Assembly (NCBI GenBank): GCA_963727445.1
Contig: CAVSGI010000009.1
Coordinates: forward strand, 544,001-608,000
Reading direction: 5' to 3'
Source: an uncultured delta proteobacterium
Lineage (GTDB): Bacteria > Myxococcota_A > Polyangia > Polyangiales > B10-G4
DNA length: 64,000 nt
Below the pieces are notes generated by a model. The model was not told where the DNA came from, ran no database searches, and worked only from the letters and a program-made list of their open reading frames with translations. Below, in pieces: positions 20,292 to 29,985 of this stretch (positions are counted from its first letter, which is position 1; the number at the start of each line of letters is the position of its first letter). The translations under genes were made by a program, and so were the position numbers.

Positions 20292-22255
20292 GCAACTCGA
20301 CCACGACTCGAACGCCGGGGGCGACGTCCCCAGCGGGATTCATCGCGAAGCGGATCAAGGCCGATCCGCGTATCGATCGCGATGAGATGGACGTGGTGGT
20401 GGCTGGTCAGGTGGTCGAGATCACCAAACGAGATGCGCTCCTGGTGGCGGTGCCCACCATCAGTCTGGCGCACGACGCGCTCGAGCCTTACGCGGAGCGG
20501 ATCGCCGAGGGGCGAGCGGGGCTGATCCTGGTCGGCGTTCCCCCGACCGGGTTTCTCGAGACGCTGCCCGAGCGTGCGGTGGTGGCGTTGGTCGACGGGA
20601 CCTTCGGCGACGACGCGCTCTACCTGACCTTTCAGGGGATGCTCGAGCGGGTGGAGATGCGCCTCACGGACGACCGCCGGCGGCGCACCCTCGATCGCTA
20701 TCGGTACGAGCTGGGCGAGCTCGTCGAGATCGCGCGCGCCTTGAGCCAGGAGCGCGACACGTCGCGCCTGCTGAACCTGATCCTCGAGAAGAGCCGATTC
20801 ATCACCGGTGCGGATGCCGGGAGCATCTACGTCCTGGAAGGGGACGATCCGGACTTCATGAATCGGAAGCTGCATTTCAAGCTTTCGCAGAACGAGTCGT
20901 GTGAGTTCGAGTCGAGCGAGTTCACCATGCCCGTGTCGACCCGGTCCATCGCGGGCGCGGCGGCGGTGACGCGTTCGCCGATCAACATCCCGGACGTCTA
21001 TCGGATCCCCGAGGAGACCCCGTACGGGTTCGACAAGAGCTTCGACGAGAAGGTCGGCTACCACACCAAGTCGATGATCACGCTGCCGATGATCTCGGCG
21101 GAAGACGACGTCATCGGGGTGATTCAGCTCATCAACAAGAAGAAGCACCCCGAGAAGCGACTGGTCGAGAAGGCCGACTTCGATGCGGAGGTCGTGGAGT
21201 TCGGCGAGCGCGAAGAGGAGCTCCTGCAGACGCTCGCCTCGCAGGCGGGCATCGCGCTCGAAAACGCGCTCCTCTACGAGGAGATCAACCGCATCTTCGA
21301 GGGGTTCGTGCGCGCGAGCGTGCAGGCGATCGAGCAGCGCGATCCCACGACGAGTGGTCACTCGCTCCGGGTGAGCGTGCTGTCGTGCCGGCTGGCCGAG
21401 ATCGTGGATACGGTCGATGCCGGGCTCTACGCGGACACCAGCTTCACGCGGCGGCAGATCAAGGAGCTCGAGTACGCCTCGCTCCTGCACGATTTCGGGA
21501 AGATCGGCGTGCGCGAGAAGGTGCTGGTGAAGGCGAAGAAGCTCTATCCGCACGAGCTGGCGGCGGTGCGGGCGCGATTCGACTACCTGCTGAAGGCGGG
21601 CGAGGTCGAGATGCTGCAGACGAAGATGCAGCTCGTGGCGTCGGGCGCGTCGAAGGAGGAGCTCGAGGCCGCGGAGATGGCCTACGAAAAGAAGCGAGGC
21701 GAGCTGCAGGGCGCGTATCAACTGGTGCTTCAGGCGAACGAGCCGACGGTGATGTCGGAGGGCGACTTCACGGCGGTGGGTGCGCTCGCCGAGCGGACCT
21801 ACGTGGGGCCGGATGGATGCAGCCATCCACTTCTGCACGACAACGAGGTGAAGTCGCTTCAGGTGACGAAGGGGTCGCTGAACGATCAGGAGATCGAGGA
21901 GATTCGATCACACGTGACGCACACCTTCGACTTCTTGTCGCGGATCCCGTGGGGCAAGACGATGCGTTTCGTGCCGCAGATCGCCGGCGCCCACCACGAA
22001 AAGCTCAACGGCAGCGGCTACCCGCGCGGCGTCAAAGCGGACGCGATCCCGCTCCAGTCGAAGATCATGACCATCGCAGACATCTTCGACGCCCTCACCG
22101 CGCGCGACCGCCCCTACAAGAAGGCCATGCCCGTCGAGCGCGCCCTCGCCATCCTCGGCTACGAAGTCAAAGACAACCACATCGACGCCGAGCTCGTCCG
22201 CCTCTTCACCGAAGCCAAAGTCTTCGAAGCCGTCCAAGACGACCTCTCCTACTAA
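20288..22255 (+). CDS. GAF + HD-GYP cyclic dinucleotide phosphodiesterase
   Basis: GAF domain (GVIQLINKK); TSGHS, LHDFGK, HHEKLNGSGYP and DIFDALT..RPYK. Confidence 0.9.
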   Translation: MSNSTTTRTPGATSPAGFIAKRIKADPRIDRDEMDVVVAGQVVEITKRDALLVAVPTISLAHDALEPYAERIAEGRAGLILVGVPPTGFLETLPERAVVALVDGTFGDDALYLTFQGMLERVEMRLTDDRRRRTLDRYRYELGELVEIARALSQERDTSRLLNLILEKSRFITGADAGSIYVLEGDDPDFMNRKLHFKLSQNESCEFESSEFTMPVSTRSIAGAAAVTRSPINIPDVYRIPEETPYGFDKSFDEKVGYHTKSMITLPMISAEDDVIGVIQLINKKKHPEKRLVEKADFDAEVVEFGEREEELLQTLASQAGIALENALLYEEINRIFEGFVRASVQAIEQRDPTTSGHSLRVSVLSCRLAEIVDTVDAGLYADTSFTRRQIKELEYASLLHDFGKIGVREKVLVKAKKLYPHELAAVRARFDYLLKAGEVEMLQTKMQLVASGASKEELEAAEMAYEKKRGELQGAYQLVLQANEPTVMSEGDFTAVGALAERTYVGPDGCSHPLLHDNEVKSLQVTKGSLNDQEIEEIRSHVTHTFDFLSRIPWGKTMRFVPQIAGAHHEKLNGSGYPRGVKADAIPLQSKIMTIADIFDALTARDRPYKKAMPVERALAILGYEVKDNHIDAELVRLFTEAKVFEAVQDDLSY

Positions 22256-22603
22256 CGGGGACGGTCTACACTTTTCAACTTTCTCCGCCGGTTTCGCGCC
22301 CTGCGATCGCGATCCACCGGGGACGGTCTACACTTTTCAACTTTCTCCGCCGGTTTCGCGGTCGCTGACACCCCGCGATAGTGCGCTCATCACCATTTCG
22401 ACGTGCTTCAATGCCTGAGCGATCGATCCACCGGGGACGGTCTACACTTTTCAACTTTCTCCGCCGGTTTCGCGGTCGCTGACACCCCGCGATCCACCGG
22501 GGACGGTCTACACTTTTCAACTTTCTCCGCCGGTTTCGCGGTCGCTGACACCCCGCGATAGTGCGCTCATCACCATTTCGACGTGCTTCAATGCCTGAGC
22601 GAT
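22256..22603. repeat. Left-end array: four copies of the 28-bp end motif, each with a different length of transposase 3' end
   Basis: Copies start at 22256, 22318, 22432 and 22498; the first three duplicate about 43, 106 and 62 bp of the true end. Confidence 0.95.
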
Positions 22604-23552
22604 GGCGGCTTCGTTCCGGTTGAGCAGCGCCGAAGCGGCTGAGTCGCTGATTCCCAAGTGCGTGGCCATTTCACTGGCGTTTCGATTCAGGCCACGCGAC
22701 CACACGATGACCGCAACGCGACGAGCCGTGGTCAGAGTGCGCAAGCGGCTTCTGGATCTCATTGCGGCTTCATCGACCCCGAGGACGCGAGCCACGACGT
22801 GAACCACCGTTGCACAATCCATGGGCTCAGAGTTGCGACTCGGCAGCGAGGGGGGAGCAACCACCGGCACACGCATGAGCTGACCGTGGTCGTCCAAGTC
22901 GAAAACGGGCGGCGCGACTTGCACCGGGCCACCGGATTCGTGGCGGGCCTCTCGTTGTAGCCGGGGGATTCTGTCTCCCGCTGAGGGCATCGTTTCGAGG
23001 CTCTTCGCGGTGTCGGTTTACGAATTCGTCGAACGACTTCCTGCCGGAGGCACGACTGCTGAACCCCGACAGCTCCAGCCCGAGTTCGATGTGGAGCCAC
23101 GAAGGGGCGCCGGTCGGCTCGAGGTAGAGCCGGTGGGAGGTCCAGCTCGACTCCCGCGCCAACCTCACCACTCCGGCCCGCGGGGGGTTGTTGCTGACGT
23201 AGGACACCAGATAGCCAACAGCGTCGGCGCCACAGATGATGGTCGTGGGACGGCCCGCGAACAGAGGCCCACGGCGTTCCTGGCGCTTGTTCATCCACGT
23301 CGCGAAGCCGCCGTTGAGCGCCTTCATGAAGCCCTCGAGATCGAGCGTGCCAGCCATGGCCACCAAGTGGATGTGATTGCTCATCACGCCATAAGCGATG
23401 ATGCGCCAATCGGTGCGTGCCATGACAATGCCGAGCCGCCGGAGGTATTCGCCGCGTTCTGCCGCGCAGGTGATGCGGAAGCCCCCGTCGACGAAGCGAC
23501 AGACGATGTGGACGATGGAGCCTGGAGGTAGGAGTCGAGGTTGCCTGGGCAC
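22517..23552 (-). CDS. REP-associated tyrosine transposase (RAYT, Y1_Tnp) with a C-terminal DnaA_C-like HTH; frameshift at about 22960-23000
   Basis: MPRQPR start; MSNHIHL (HUH); GPLFAGR; SYVSNNPPRAG (Y..NP); WTSH. The second frame gives VARVLGV..RSRSR..TARRVA..SEMATHLGISDSAAS. Confidence 0.85.
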
Positions 23553-23598
23553 GACCCCTTGTCGGCTGGTGAGCGGCGAAGTTGCGGACCTGAGCGAC

Positions 23599-23772
23599 GA
23601 AAGTTGAAAAGTGCAGACCGTCCCCGGTGGCGTGTCCCCGGTGGCGTGGTGAGTGGCGAAAGTTGAAAAGTGTAGACCGTCCCCGGTGGCGCCGTCCCCG
23701 GTGGCGCCCGGTCCCCGGTGGCGCCCGGTGGCGTGGTGAGTGGCGAAAGTTGAAAAGTGTAGACCGTCCCCG
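23599..23772. repeat. Right-end array: three inverted copies of the end motif interleaved with GTCCCCGGTGGCG units
   Basis: GAAAGTTGAAAAGTGYAGACCGTCCCCG at 23599, 23658 and 23745. Confidence 0.95.
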
Positions 23773-25290
23773 TTAGCGCATGATGGCTACTAGGGTGGCG
23801 GTGATGATGGCGATGAGGATGCTGGCGCCGGCGACGGCCAGCCAGTTGACTTTGGATTGGGGGCGCGTGGGGGGGATGGCTGCTTGGGGGTAGGAGAGCT
23901 CGCTCCAGTTCGGGCGGTTCATTTCGACGGTCCGGGCGGTCTCGATCTTGTCTTCTCGGGCGGGAGGGGTGGTGCGTTTGTCGGTGGTGCCGATGGCGTC
24001 TTCGAGGGTGGTGCCGGCGTCGCCGCCCGGGGAACCGTCGACCTCCTCCGGTAGGATGAGCGGCTTGGTGGGGCTGGCCTCGAGGTCCTGCGGCGCCTCG
24101 CCGCGAAGCGCCGCCATCGCGCGGCTCGGCGGCGGGCGTCGCCCTCCATCACTCGTCGGGTTCGTGTCCCGCTCCGAGATCGACACCGGCTCGAGCGCTC
24201 CAGGTGGCGGCGTCAGATCCATCGCCGTCCGCCGCATCGTCCGCTCGCCCTCCATCGGCTCGCTCGACCCCAGCTCCTCACTCAGCTCCACCGACACCTG
24301 CGTCGGCGCCGACTGAATCTCGTCCACGTCGTCGTACGCTTCCCGCCGCCGTCCCGACTCGGACGGCTGCCGGTGCCTCCGGCTCCCCTGACCCAGCACC
24401 TCGTCGATCGCATCGTCCAGGGTCTCGAAGACCACGCCCCCCGCGAACGGCTCGAGCGCCAGTCCCAGGGTGCGAATCGACGGGTAGCGGTCGTCCGGAT
24501 TCGGCGCCATCGCCTTCAGCACCACCTCTTCGAGCTTCTCCGGCACGTCGATGTTGATCACCGTCGGCGGTCGCGGATCCGTGTTGGTGATCTTGAAGAA
24601 GAGGTCGGGTAGCGAATCTCCGTCGAAGGGCAACTCGCGCGTCAGCCCTTCGTAGAGCATCACCCCCACCGAGTACACGTCCGCCCGCTGGTCTACCGTG
24701 CTCGAATCGGCGATCTGCTCCGGCGCCATGTAGTACGGACTCCCGAGGAACGTCCCCGCGCCCGTCAGCTTTCCGGTGGCATCCGGATCGCGCAGCTTCG
24801 AGATCCCGAAGTCGAGCACCTTCGCCCCGCCGGCGCGCCCGCGCCTCGGCAGGCACAAGAAGATGTTGTCCGGCTTGAGGTCGCGATGCACCACACCACG
24901 TTCGTGCGCCGCGAACACACCGCGCAACGCCGGCATCAACGTCTGCACCAGATCCTTCGGGCTCGGCGCCCCGCGGTCGAGATACTCCCGGAGCGACTCC
25001 CCGCGTAGCAGCTCCAGCACGAGGTAGAGCGACTCCTCGTACCGCCCCGCGTCGTAGATCTCCACCACGTTCGGATGGTCCACCGCGTTCGCCGCCCGCG
25101 CCTCGCGCAGGAATCGCGACGCCACCGTCGGATTCTCCGCCAGCTGCGGGTAGAGCCACTTCAATGCGACCCGCTTGCCGATCAGCTCGTGAGTCGCTTC
25201 GAAGACGACTCCGGCCGCACCCTTGCCGAGCTGCCGCTCCAGTCGATACTTCTCGGCGATGACCTCTCCGGGCTCGGGGACATCACTCAC
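23773..25290 (-). CDS. Ser/Thr protein kinase with a C-terminal transmembrane helix
   Basis: GKGAAG, VALK, HRDLKPDN, DFG and GSPYYMAPE; GTG at 25290 preferred. Confidence 0.92.
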   Translation of the reverse strand: MSDVPEPGEVIAEKYRLERQLGKGAAGVVFEATHELIGKRVALKWLYPQLAENPTVASRFLREARAANAVDHPNVVEIYDAGRYEESLYLVLELLRGESLREYLDRGAPSPKDLVQTLMPALRGVFAAHERGVVHRDLKPDNIFLCLPRRGRAGGAKVLDFGISKLRDPDATGKLTGAGTFLGSPYYMAPEQIADSSTVDQRADVYSVGVMLYEGLTRELPFDGDSLPDLFFKITNTDPRPPTVINIDVPEKLEEVVLKAMAPNPDDRYPSIRTLGLALEPFAGGVVFETLDDAIDEVLGQGSRRHRQPSESGRRREAYDDVDEIQSAPTQVSVELSEELGSSEPMEGERTMRRTAMDLTPPPGALEPVSISERDTNPTSDGGRRPPPSRAMAALRGEAPQDLEASPTKPLILPEEVDGSPGGDAGTTLEDAIGTTDKRTTPPAREDKIETARTVEMNRPNWSELSYPQAAIPPTRPQSKVNWLAVAGASILIAIITATLVAIMR

Positions 25291-25344
25291 GTCTAAAGAG
25301 TATCCCCAGCGATGCTCACCGAGAAGGGTGTATGGTTCCCCCGG

Positions 25345-26250
25345 ATGGACGACCGCATCCACGATGGCGTTCTCGATCTCGTCGGCCGAACCCCCCTGGT
25401 GCGCCTCTGCAAGCTCTCACCCGAGGGCGGCGCCGAGGTCTGCGCCAAGCTGGAGTCCGCAAATCCGGCTGGCAGCGTCAAAGACCGCCCGGCCCTCTCG
25501 ATGGTCCTGGCGGCCGAGGCCGCGGGCGAGCTCGCCGACGGCGCGACCATCGTCGAGGCCACCAGCGGCAACACCGGCATCAGTCTCGCCATGATCTCCG
25601 CCGTTCGCGGCTATCGTTGCATCCTCGTCATGCCCGAGGACATGAGCCTCGCCCGCCGCGAGATCCTCCGCCTCTATGGGGCTGAAGTGGTCTTGACCCC
25701 GGCCGAGGAGGGAATGGCGGGCGCCGTCGACCGCGCCGAGGAGATCCGCAGCGCCGAAGGCGCATGGATGACGCGCCAGTTCGAAAATCCAGCCAACCCC
25801 GAGATCCACGCGATCACCACCGCTGAAGAGATCTGGCGCGCGACCGGCGGTTCCCTCCACGCTTTCGTCGCGGGTGTCGGCACTGGCGGCACCCTCACCG
25901 GCGTCGGCCGCGTCCTCAAGGAGCGAAACCCCGACATTCGCATCTACGCCGTGGAGCCACGCGCGAGCGCCGTGCTTTCCGGAGGTAGGCCCGGACTGCA
26001 CGGGATCCAGGGCCTGGGGGCGGGCTTCGTCCCGGAAGTGCTCGACCGGGCGCTGATCGACGAGGTCCTGACCGTCACCGATCTGGCCGCGGAACGCTCC
26101 ATGCGTCGCCTCGCGCGCGAAGAAGGCCTCCTCGTGGGGCCCTCCGCGGGCGCCAACGTCCACGCTGCCATCGAGGTCGCCGACGCGCTCGAAAAGGGCC
26201 AGCGCGTCGTCACCATCCTGTGCGACACCGGCGAGCGCTACCTCTGCTGA
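25345..26250 (+). CDS. cysK: Cysteine synthase A
   Basis: NPAGSVKDR, TSGNTG, GVGTGGT and HGIQGLGAG. Confidence 0.93.
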   Translation: MDDRIHDGVLDLVGRTPLVRLCKLSPEGGAEVCAKLESANPAGSVKDRPALSMVLAAEAAGELADGATIVEATSGNTGISLAMISAVRGYRCILVMPEDMSLARREILRLYGAEVVLTPAEEGMAGAVDRAEEIRSAEGAWMTRQFENPANPEIHAITTAEEIWRATGGSLHAFVAGVGTGGTLTGVGRVLKERNPDIRIYAVEPRASAVLSGGRPGLHGIQGLGAGFVPEVLDRALIDEVLTVTDLAAERSMRRLAREEGLLVGPSAGANVHAAIEVADALEKGQRVVTILCDTGERYLC

Positions 26251-26365
26251 AACCCCCCGCACCTTTCGAGACGGGTCCTCATGTAGGCAAAAGTAGGTGC
26301 AAGCCCTTGGCCGCCCTGCCTTCACCATTCCAAAACGGCCCCCGTCCTGGTACCTCAGTACGACG

Positions 26366-27058
26366 ATGAAGCGGGCTTTCCTTCGCCATATCGCGCTGTC
26401 CGCCGTCCTGTTCTGCGCCATCCCCGTCGGCCTGCTCGCCTCACTGCCGAGCACGGCCGAGGGCCAGTGCATCGACGAGGCGATCCGGGACGAGCTCAAC
26501 GCCCGCCGTCGTTACCGCGGCGTACAGGAGCGGCTCTTCCAGAAAGCCGGCCGGCACGAGCTGAGCGTGATGGGCGGCGTCTATTCCGCCGACCTGCTCT
26601 CCTCTAGCTATCTGCTGCAAGGCGCCTACACGTTCCACGTCACTGAAGAGCTCGGCCTCGAAGCCAGCTTCGCCTGGAGCCAGGCCGACTCGAAGATCGT
26701 TCGCATCATCGAGAACGCCACCGGTGTCGAGCTCATCCGCGAGCAGGCAGACGTCTTCATCTATCAGGCGCACATTCTGTGGTCGATCGCGTATGGAAAG
26801 GTCCGGTGGTTCGGTAGCTCGATCTCGCGCTTCGATTTCTACCTGGCCCTCGGTGGCGGCGTCACGGACAACCAGACGGCGCGCGGCCTGACCTTCAGTG
26901 GCGGCATCGGGTTCAAGTTCTTCGCCGGCGAGTGGTTCGCCTTCCGCATCGACGTGCGCGACCAGGTGCTGCAGCAGGAGGTCCTCGGCGAGTCCACGAT
27001 CACCAACAACATCGCGGCCACCCTCGGGTTGTCAGCGTTCATCCCGTGGTGGAACTGA
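26366..27058 (+). CDS. Outer membrane beta-barrel protein (GltA/NfsA-like)
   Basis: Signal peptide; VQERLFQKAGRHEL, YGKVRW, RFDFYL..GGG and alternating beta strands. Confidence 0.7.
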   Translation: MKRAFLRHIALSAVLFCAIPVGLLASLPSTAEGQCIDEAIRDELNARRRYRGVQERLFQKAGRHELSVMGGVYSADLLSSSYLLQGAYTFHVTEELGLEASFAWSQADSKIVRIIENATGVELIREQADVFIYQAHILWSIAYGKVRWFGSSISRFDFYLALGGGVTDNQTARGLTFSGGIGFKFFAGEWFAFRIDVRDQVLQQEVLGESTITNNIAATLGLSAFIPWWN

Positions 27059-27079
27059 AGAACGAAGGGTAGGCAGGCC

Positions 27080-27910
27080 ATGCAACACCGGCTTCGAGCG
27101 CTCGTCGCAGTCTTTCTCGCCCTCTTCTTCGTGGTCCTCGCTGCGTCGGATGCGAGCGCGCAGCGCCGCCGTCGACGCCGTCGCCGGCCGCCCCAGGAAA
27201 CGCAGCAGACCGAACAGGAGACCCCCGACGCGGGCCAGAGCAGCGCGGAAGGCGCCGCCGAAGGGCAGGTCGCCGGCGACGGCGATGGCGAGGGCGAAGC
27301 CGAGCTGCCTCCCGCCGAGTTCGAAGGCGGTGACGCCGCGGACGAGACTGAAGGCGCTGCCGCATCGGCGAACGAGTCGGGTGAAGGCGGCGCTGGCGCG
27401 GTCTACGAGGAAGAGGAGGAAGGCCCCGACCTCGGCCCGATCCGCGAGGAGTTCACCGCCATCATGGACGAGCTGGTACAGGTACGGAGCCGCGTCGCGG
27501 TCCTCGGCCGCCAGCTCTTCCGCACGCGGATGCGCGTGGTCGTCCAGAACCGCGCCGGCGACGACCAGACCCTCGCCAAGCTGGTCCTCAAGCTGGATGG
27601 CGCGCCCATCTTCCAGGGCGAGGGCCGCGAGGTTCCGGAGGACGGCGCCCAGGTCTTCGATGGATTCGCCGCGCCCGGCCCCCACGTGATGACCGTCGAG
27701 GTCGAGCAGCGCGCCCGCGCCGACGACGACTATCGCTACGAGCTCCGCGACACCTATCGCTTCCAGGTCATCCGCGACCGGCTCATCGAAGTGGAGATCG
27801 TCCTCGACGACGACTCCGACATCGCGGAGGACTTCGCCGACGACGAGGAAGGCGAGTTCGACGTCCGCACGCGCATGCGGGTCGCGACGAGGGCGCTGGG
27901 CGACGACTGA
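27080..27910 (+). CDS. Secreted hypothetical protein (acidic linker, coiled coil, beta-sandwich-like domain) in the Glt-like operon
   Basis: Signal peptide (ASA-Q), poly-Arg run, acidic linker; stop overlaps the next start (TGATG). Confidence 0.7.
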   Translation: MQHRLRALVAVFLALFFVVLAASDASAQRRRRRRRRPPQETQQTEQETPDAGQSSAEGAAEGQVAGDGDGEGEAELPPAEFEGGDAADETEGAAASANESGEGGAGAVYEEEEEGPDLGPIREEFTAIMDELVQVRSRVAVLGRQLFRTRMRVVVQNRAGDDQTLAKLVLKLDGAPIFQGEGREVPEDGAQVFDGFAAPGPHVMTVEVEQRARADDDYRYELRDTYRFQVIRDRLIEVEIVLDDDSDIAEDFADDEEGEFDVRTRMRVATRALGDD

Positions 27911-29983
27911 TGCTCCGGGGCGCGCTCACCATCCTCCTCTGTCTCGCGGCCGCCGCTCCGGCCTGGGCGCAGGACGGCGATCTCCCGCCGCCCGAGTTCG
28001 GTGGGAGCGATCGTGAGGCGGCCGGCGAAGATGCCGGCGAGAGCGCCGCGTCCAACGATGAAAGCGACGTCACCCCCCTTCAGACCTATCTCACCGCCCT
28101 CGCCGATCGCCGCCTGCTCTCGGAGGAGACCGGCTCGGTGGAGCGCCTGCGCGAGCTGGTGCGCACCGGCGAGGACCTGTACCTGAACGAGCGCTATGGC
28201 GAGGCCGCCCTCAACCTCTTCGAGGTCGCGGAGAGCCCGCAGTTCGCCGACTTCGTCGACCTCGACGAGTTCCGCGGCGCCGAGTTCATGCTGGCGCGCA
28301 GCCTCGAGCAGCTCGGCGCGCTCCGCACCGCGTCGCGCTATCTCGAGAAGATCATCGAGCGCGGCCCCGACGACGTCTACTTCGGCCCGGCGATGCGCAA
28401 GTACGTCGACGTCGCCCTGGCCAGCGGAAACATCGCGGCCGCGATTGAGCGTCTCGACGATCTCGGCGCCGGTGACATGGACATCACCGACGACAACGAG
28501 AACGAGATCTTCTACCTGCGTGGCCGCGAGCGGTACACCGAGGGCGACTTCGGCCCGGCCGAGGAGTTCTTCTCCGAGATCACCCGGCGGAGCCGCTGGT
28601 ACGCCGCGGCCCAGTATCTGCGCGGCGTGATGGCCGCCCGGCAGGGCGACCTCGAGACCGCAGAGAACCACTTCTGCACCATCGCCGAGCAGGGTGACGA
28701 CGACCGCTTCACCTTCTACGTCGACGACCGCTACTTCGAGGTGAAGGACCTCGCCCGCCTCGCCCTCGGCCGCGTCGCCCACGAGGGCCTGCGCTCGGAC
28801 GACGCCTTCTACTACTACTTCCAGGTCCCCGCCGACTCCGAGCACGTCGCCGAGGCCCTCTTCGAGGCCGCCTACTCCATGTACGAAGGCAACGACATGG
28901 AGACCGCGATCGACCTCCTCGACCAGCTCGAGGCGCGCTTCCCCCAGTCGGCCTGGGTCGACGAAGCGTCCCTGCTCCGCGGCTACGTCCACCTCGGCCG
29001 CTGCGAGTTCGAAGAGGCGAGTCAGCTCTTTCAGCGCTTCGCGACGCGCTTTCAGCCCATCGTCGAAGAGATCGATTCGATCCTCGAGAGCCCCGCGCGT
29101 CAGGAGGGCCTCTACGAGGAGCTCCTCGCCGAAGAGGACGCGCCGCCGCCGACCGAGGGTGAGGAGCTGGACACCACCACCCGCGGTCTGCTTCTCGCGA
29201 TGCTCCGCGTCGACCCGCAGTTCTACCGCCTGCATTCCGACGTCCGCACCCTCGACGCCGAAGCGGCGCGCGCGGGTCGCCTCTCCAACGACGTGCGCGC
29301 GATGCTCGGCCGAGTGCAGGGCGAGGACGCCCCGGTCGCGGCCGCCGAGCTCGACGACGGCTATGACGAGATCGGCGAGGTGCGCCGCGAGGTCGACGAC
29401 GCCAAGGCGGTGCTCCGCAGCCTGACGGCGCAGGTCGACGCGATGCGCGCCGCCGGCGCCAGCCGCGATCAGCATCGCGCCTCTGAACGAACAGCTCACG
29501 GCCCTCGGCAATCGCATCGGTGAGCTCGAGCAGCGCTTCCGCCACACCGCCGCCGAGCTCCGCGAGCCCACGTCGGTCGCCGGCGGCGAGGGCGAAGGCG
29601 AGCTCGAGTCGCTCCTCCGCCACGACATCGCCAGCGCGCGCCGCCTCCCCTCGCGCGTCGCAGCTGCGCGCGCGCACATGATCGACGCGGCCAACGACGC
29701 CGCGCTCCACGGCCTCAGGCAGCTCCGTGGTCGGGTCGGCGGCGAGCTCCGGCGCGCGCGAATCGGTCGCATCGACGCGGTCATGGGCAGCAAGCGCCGC
29801 GTCGAGATCCAGATCGAGAGCCTCGCGGCCGGTCGCTTCCCGCCGGAGCTCCTGGACCCGCTCCGCATCCAGGGGCTGCTTCGAGACGACGAAGAGTATT
29901 GGCCTTTCGAAGGGGAGCTCTGGGAAGACGAGTTCGACGAGACCGATCCCATCGACGAGCTCCTCGACGAGGAGGAGGAGTGA
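27910..29983 (+). CDS. GltC/NfsC-like TPR protein; frameshift at about 29473
   Basis: Signal peptide, TPR units and C-terminal EYWPFEGELWEDE motif. Confidence 0.7.
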
Positions 29984-29985
29984 GG

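Larger units (their letters stand above)
22253..23775. mobile_element. RAYT/Y1 HUH transposase element bounded by a perfect 31-bp inverted repeat, with iterated end copies
   Basis: TAACGGGGACGGTCTACACTTTTCAACTTTC (22253-22283) is the exact reverse complement of 23745-23775. Confidence 0.85.

Noticed and set aside
22960..23000. Programmed frameshift in the RAYT gene
   Set aside because: No clear slippery heptamer, and similar indels occur throughout the window; an error or inactivating mutation is more likely, though not excluded
22256..23772. CRISPR array (28-bp repeat with variable intervening DNA)
   Set aside because: The intervening sequences are copies of the adjacent transposase end, the repeats are inverted on the two sides, and there are no cas genes
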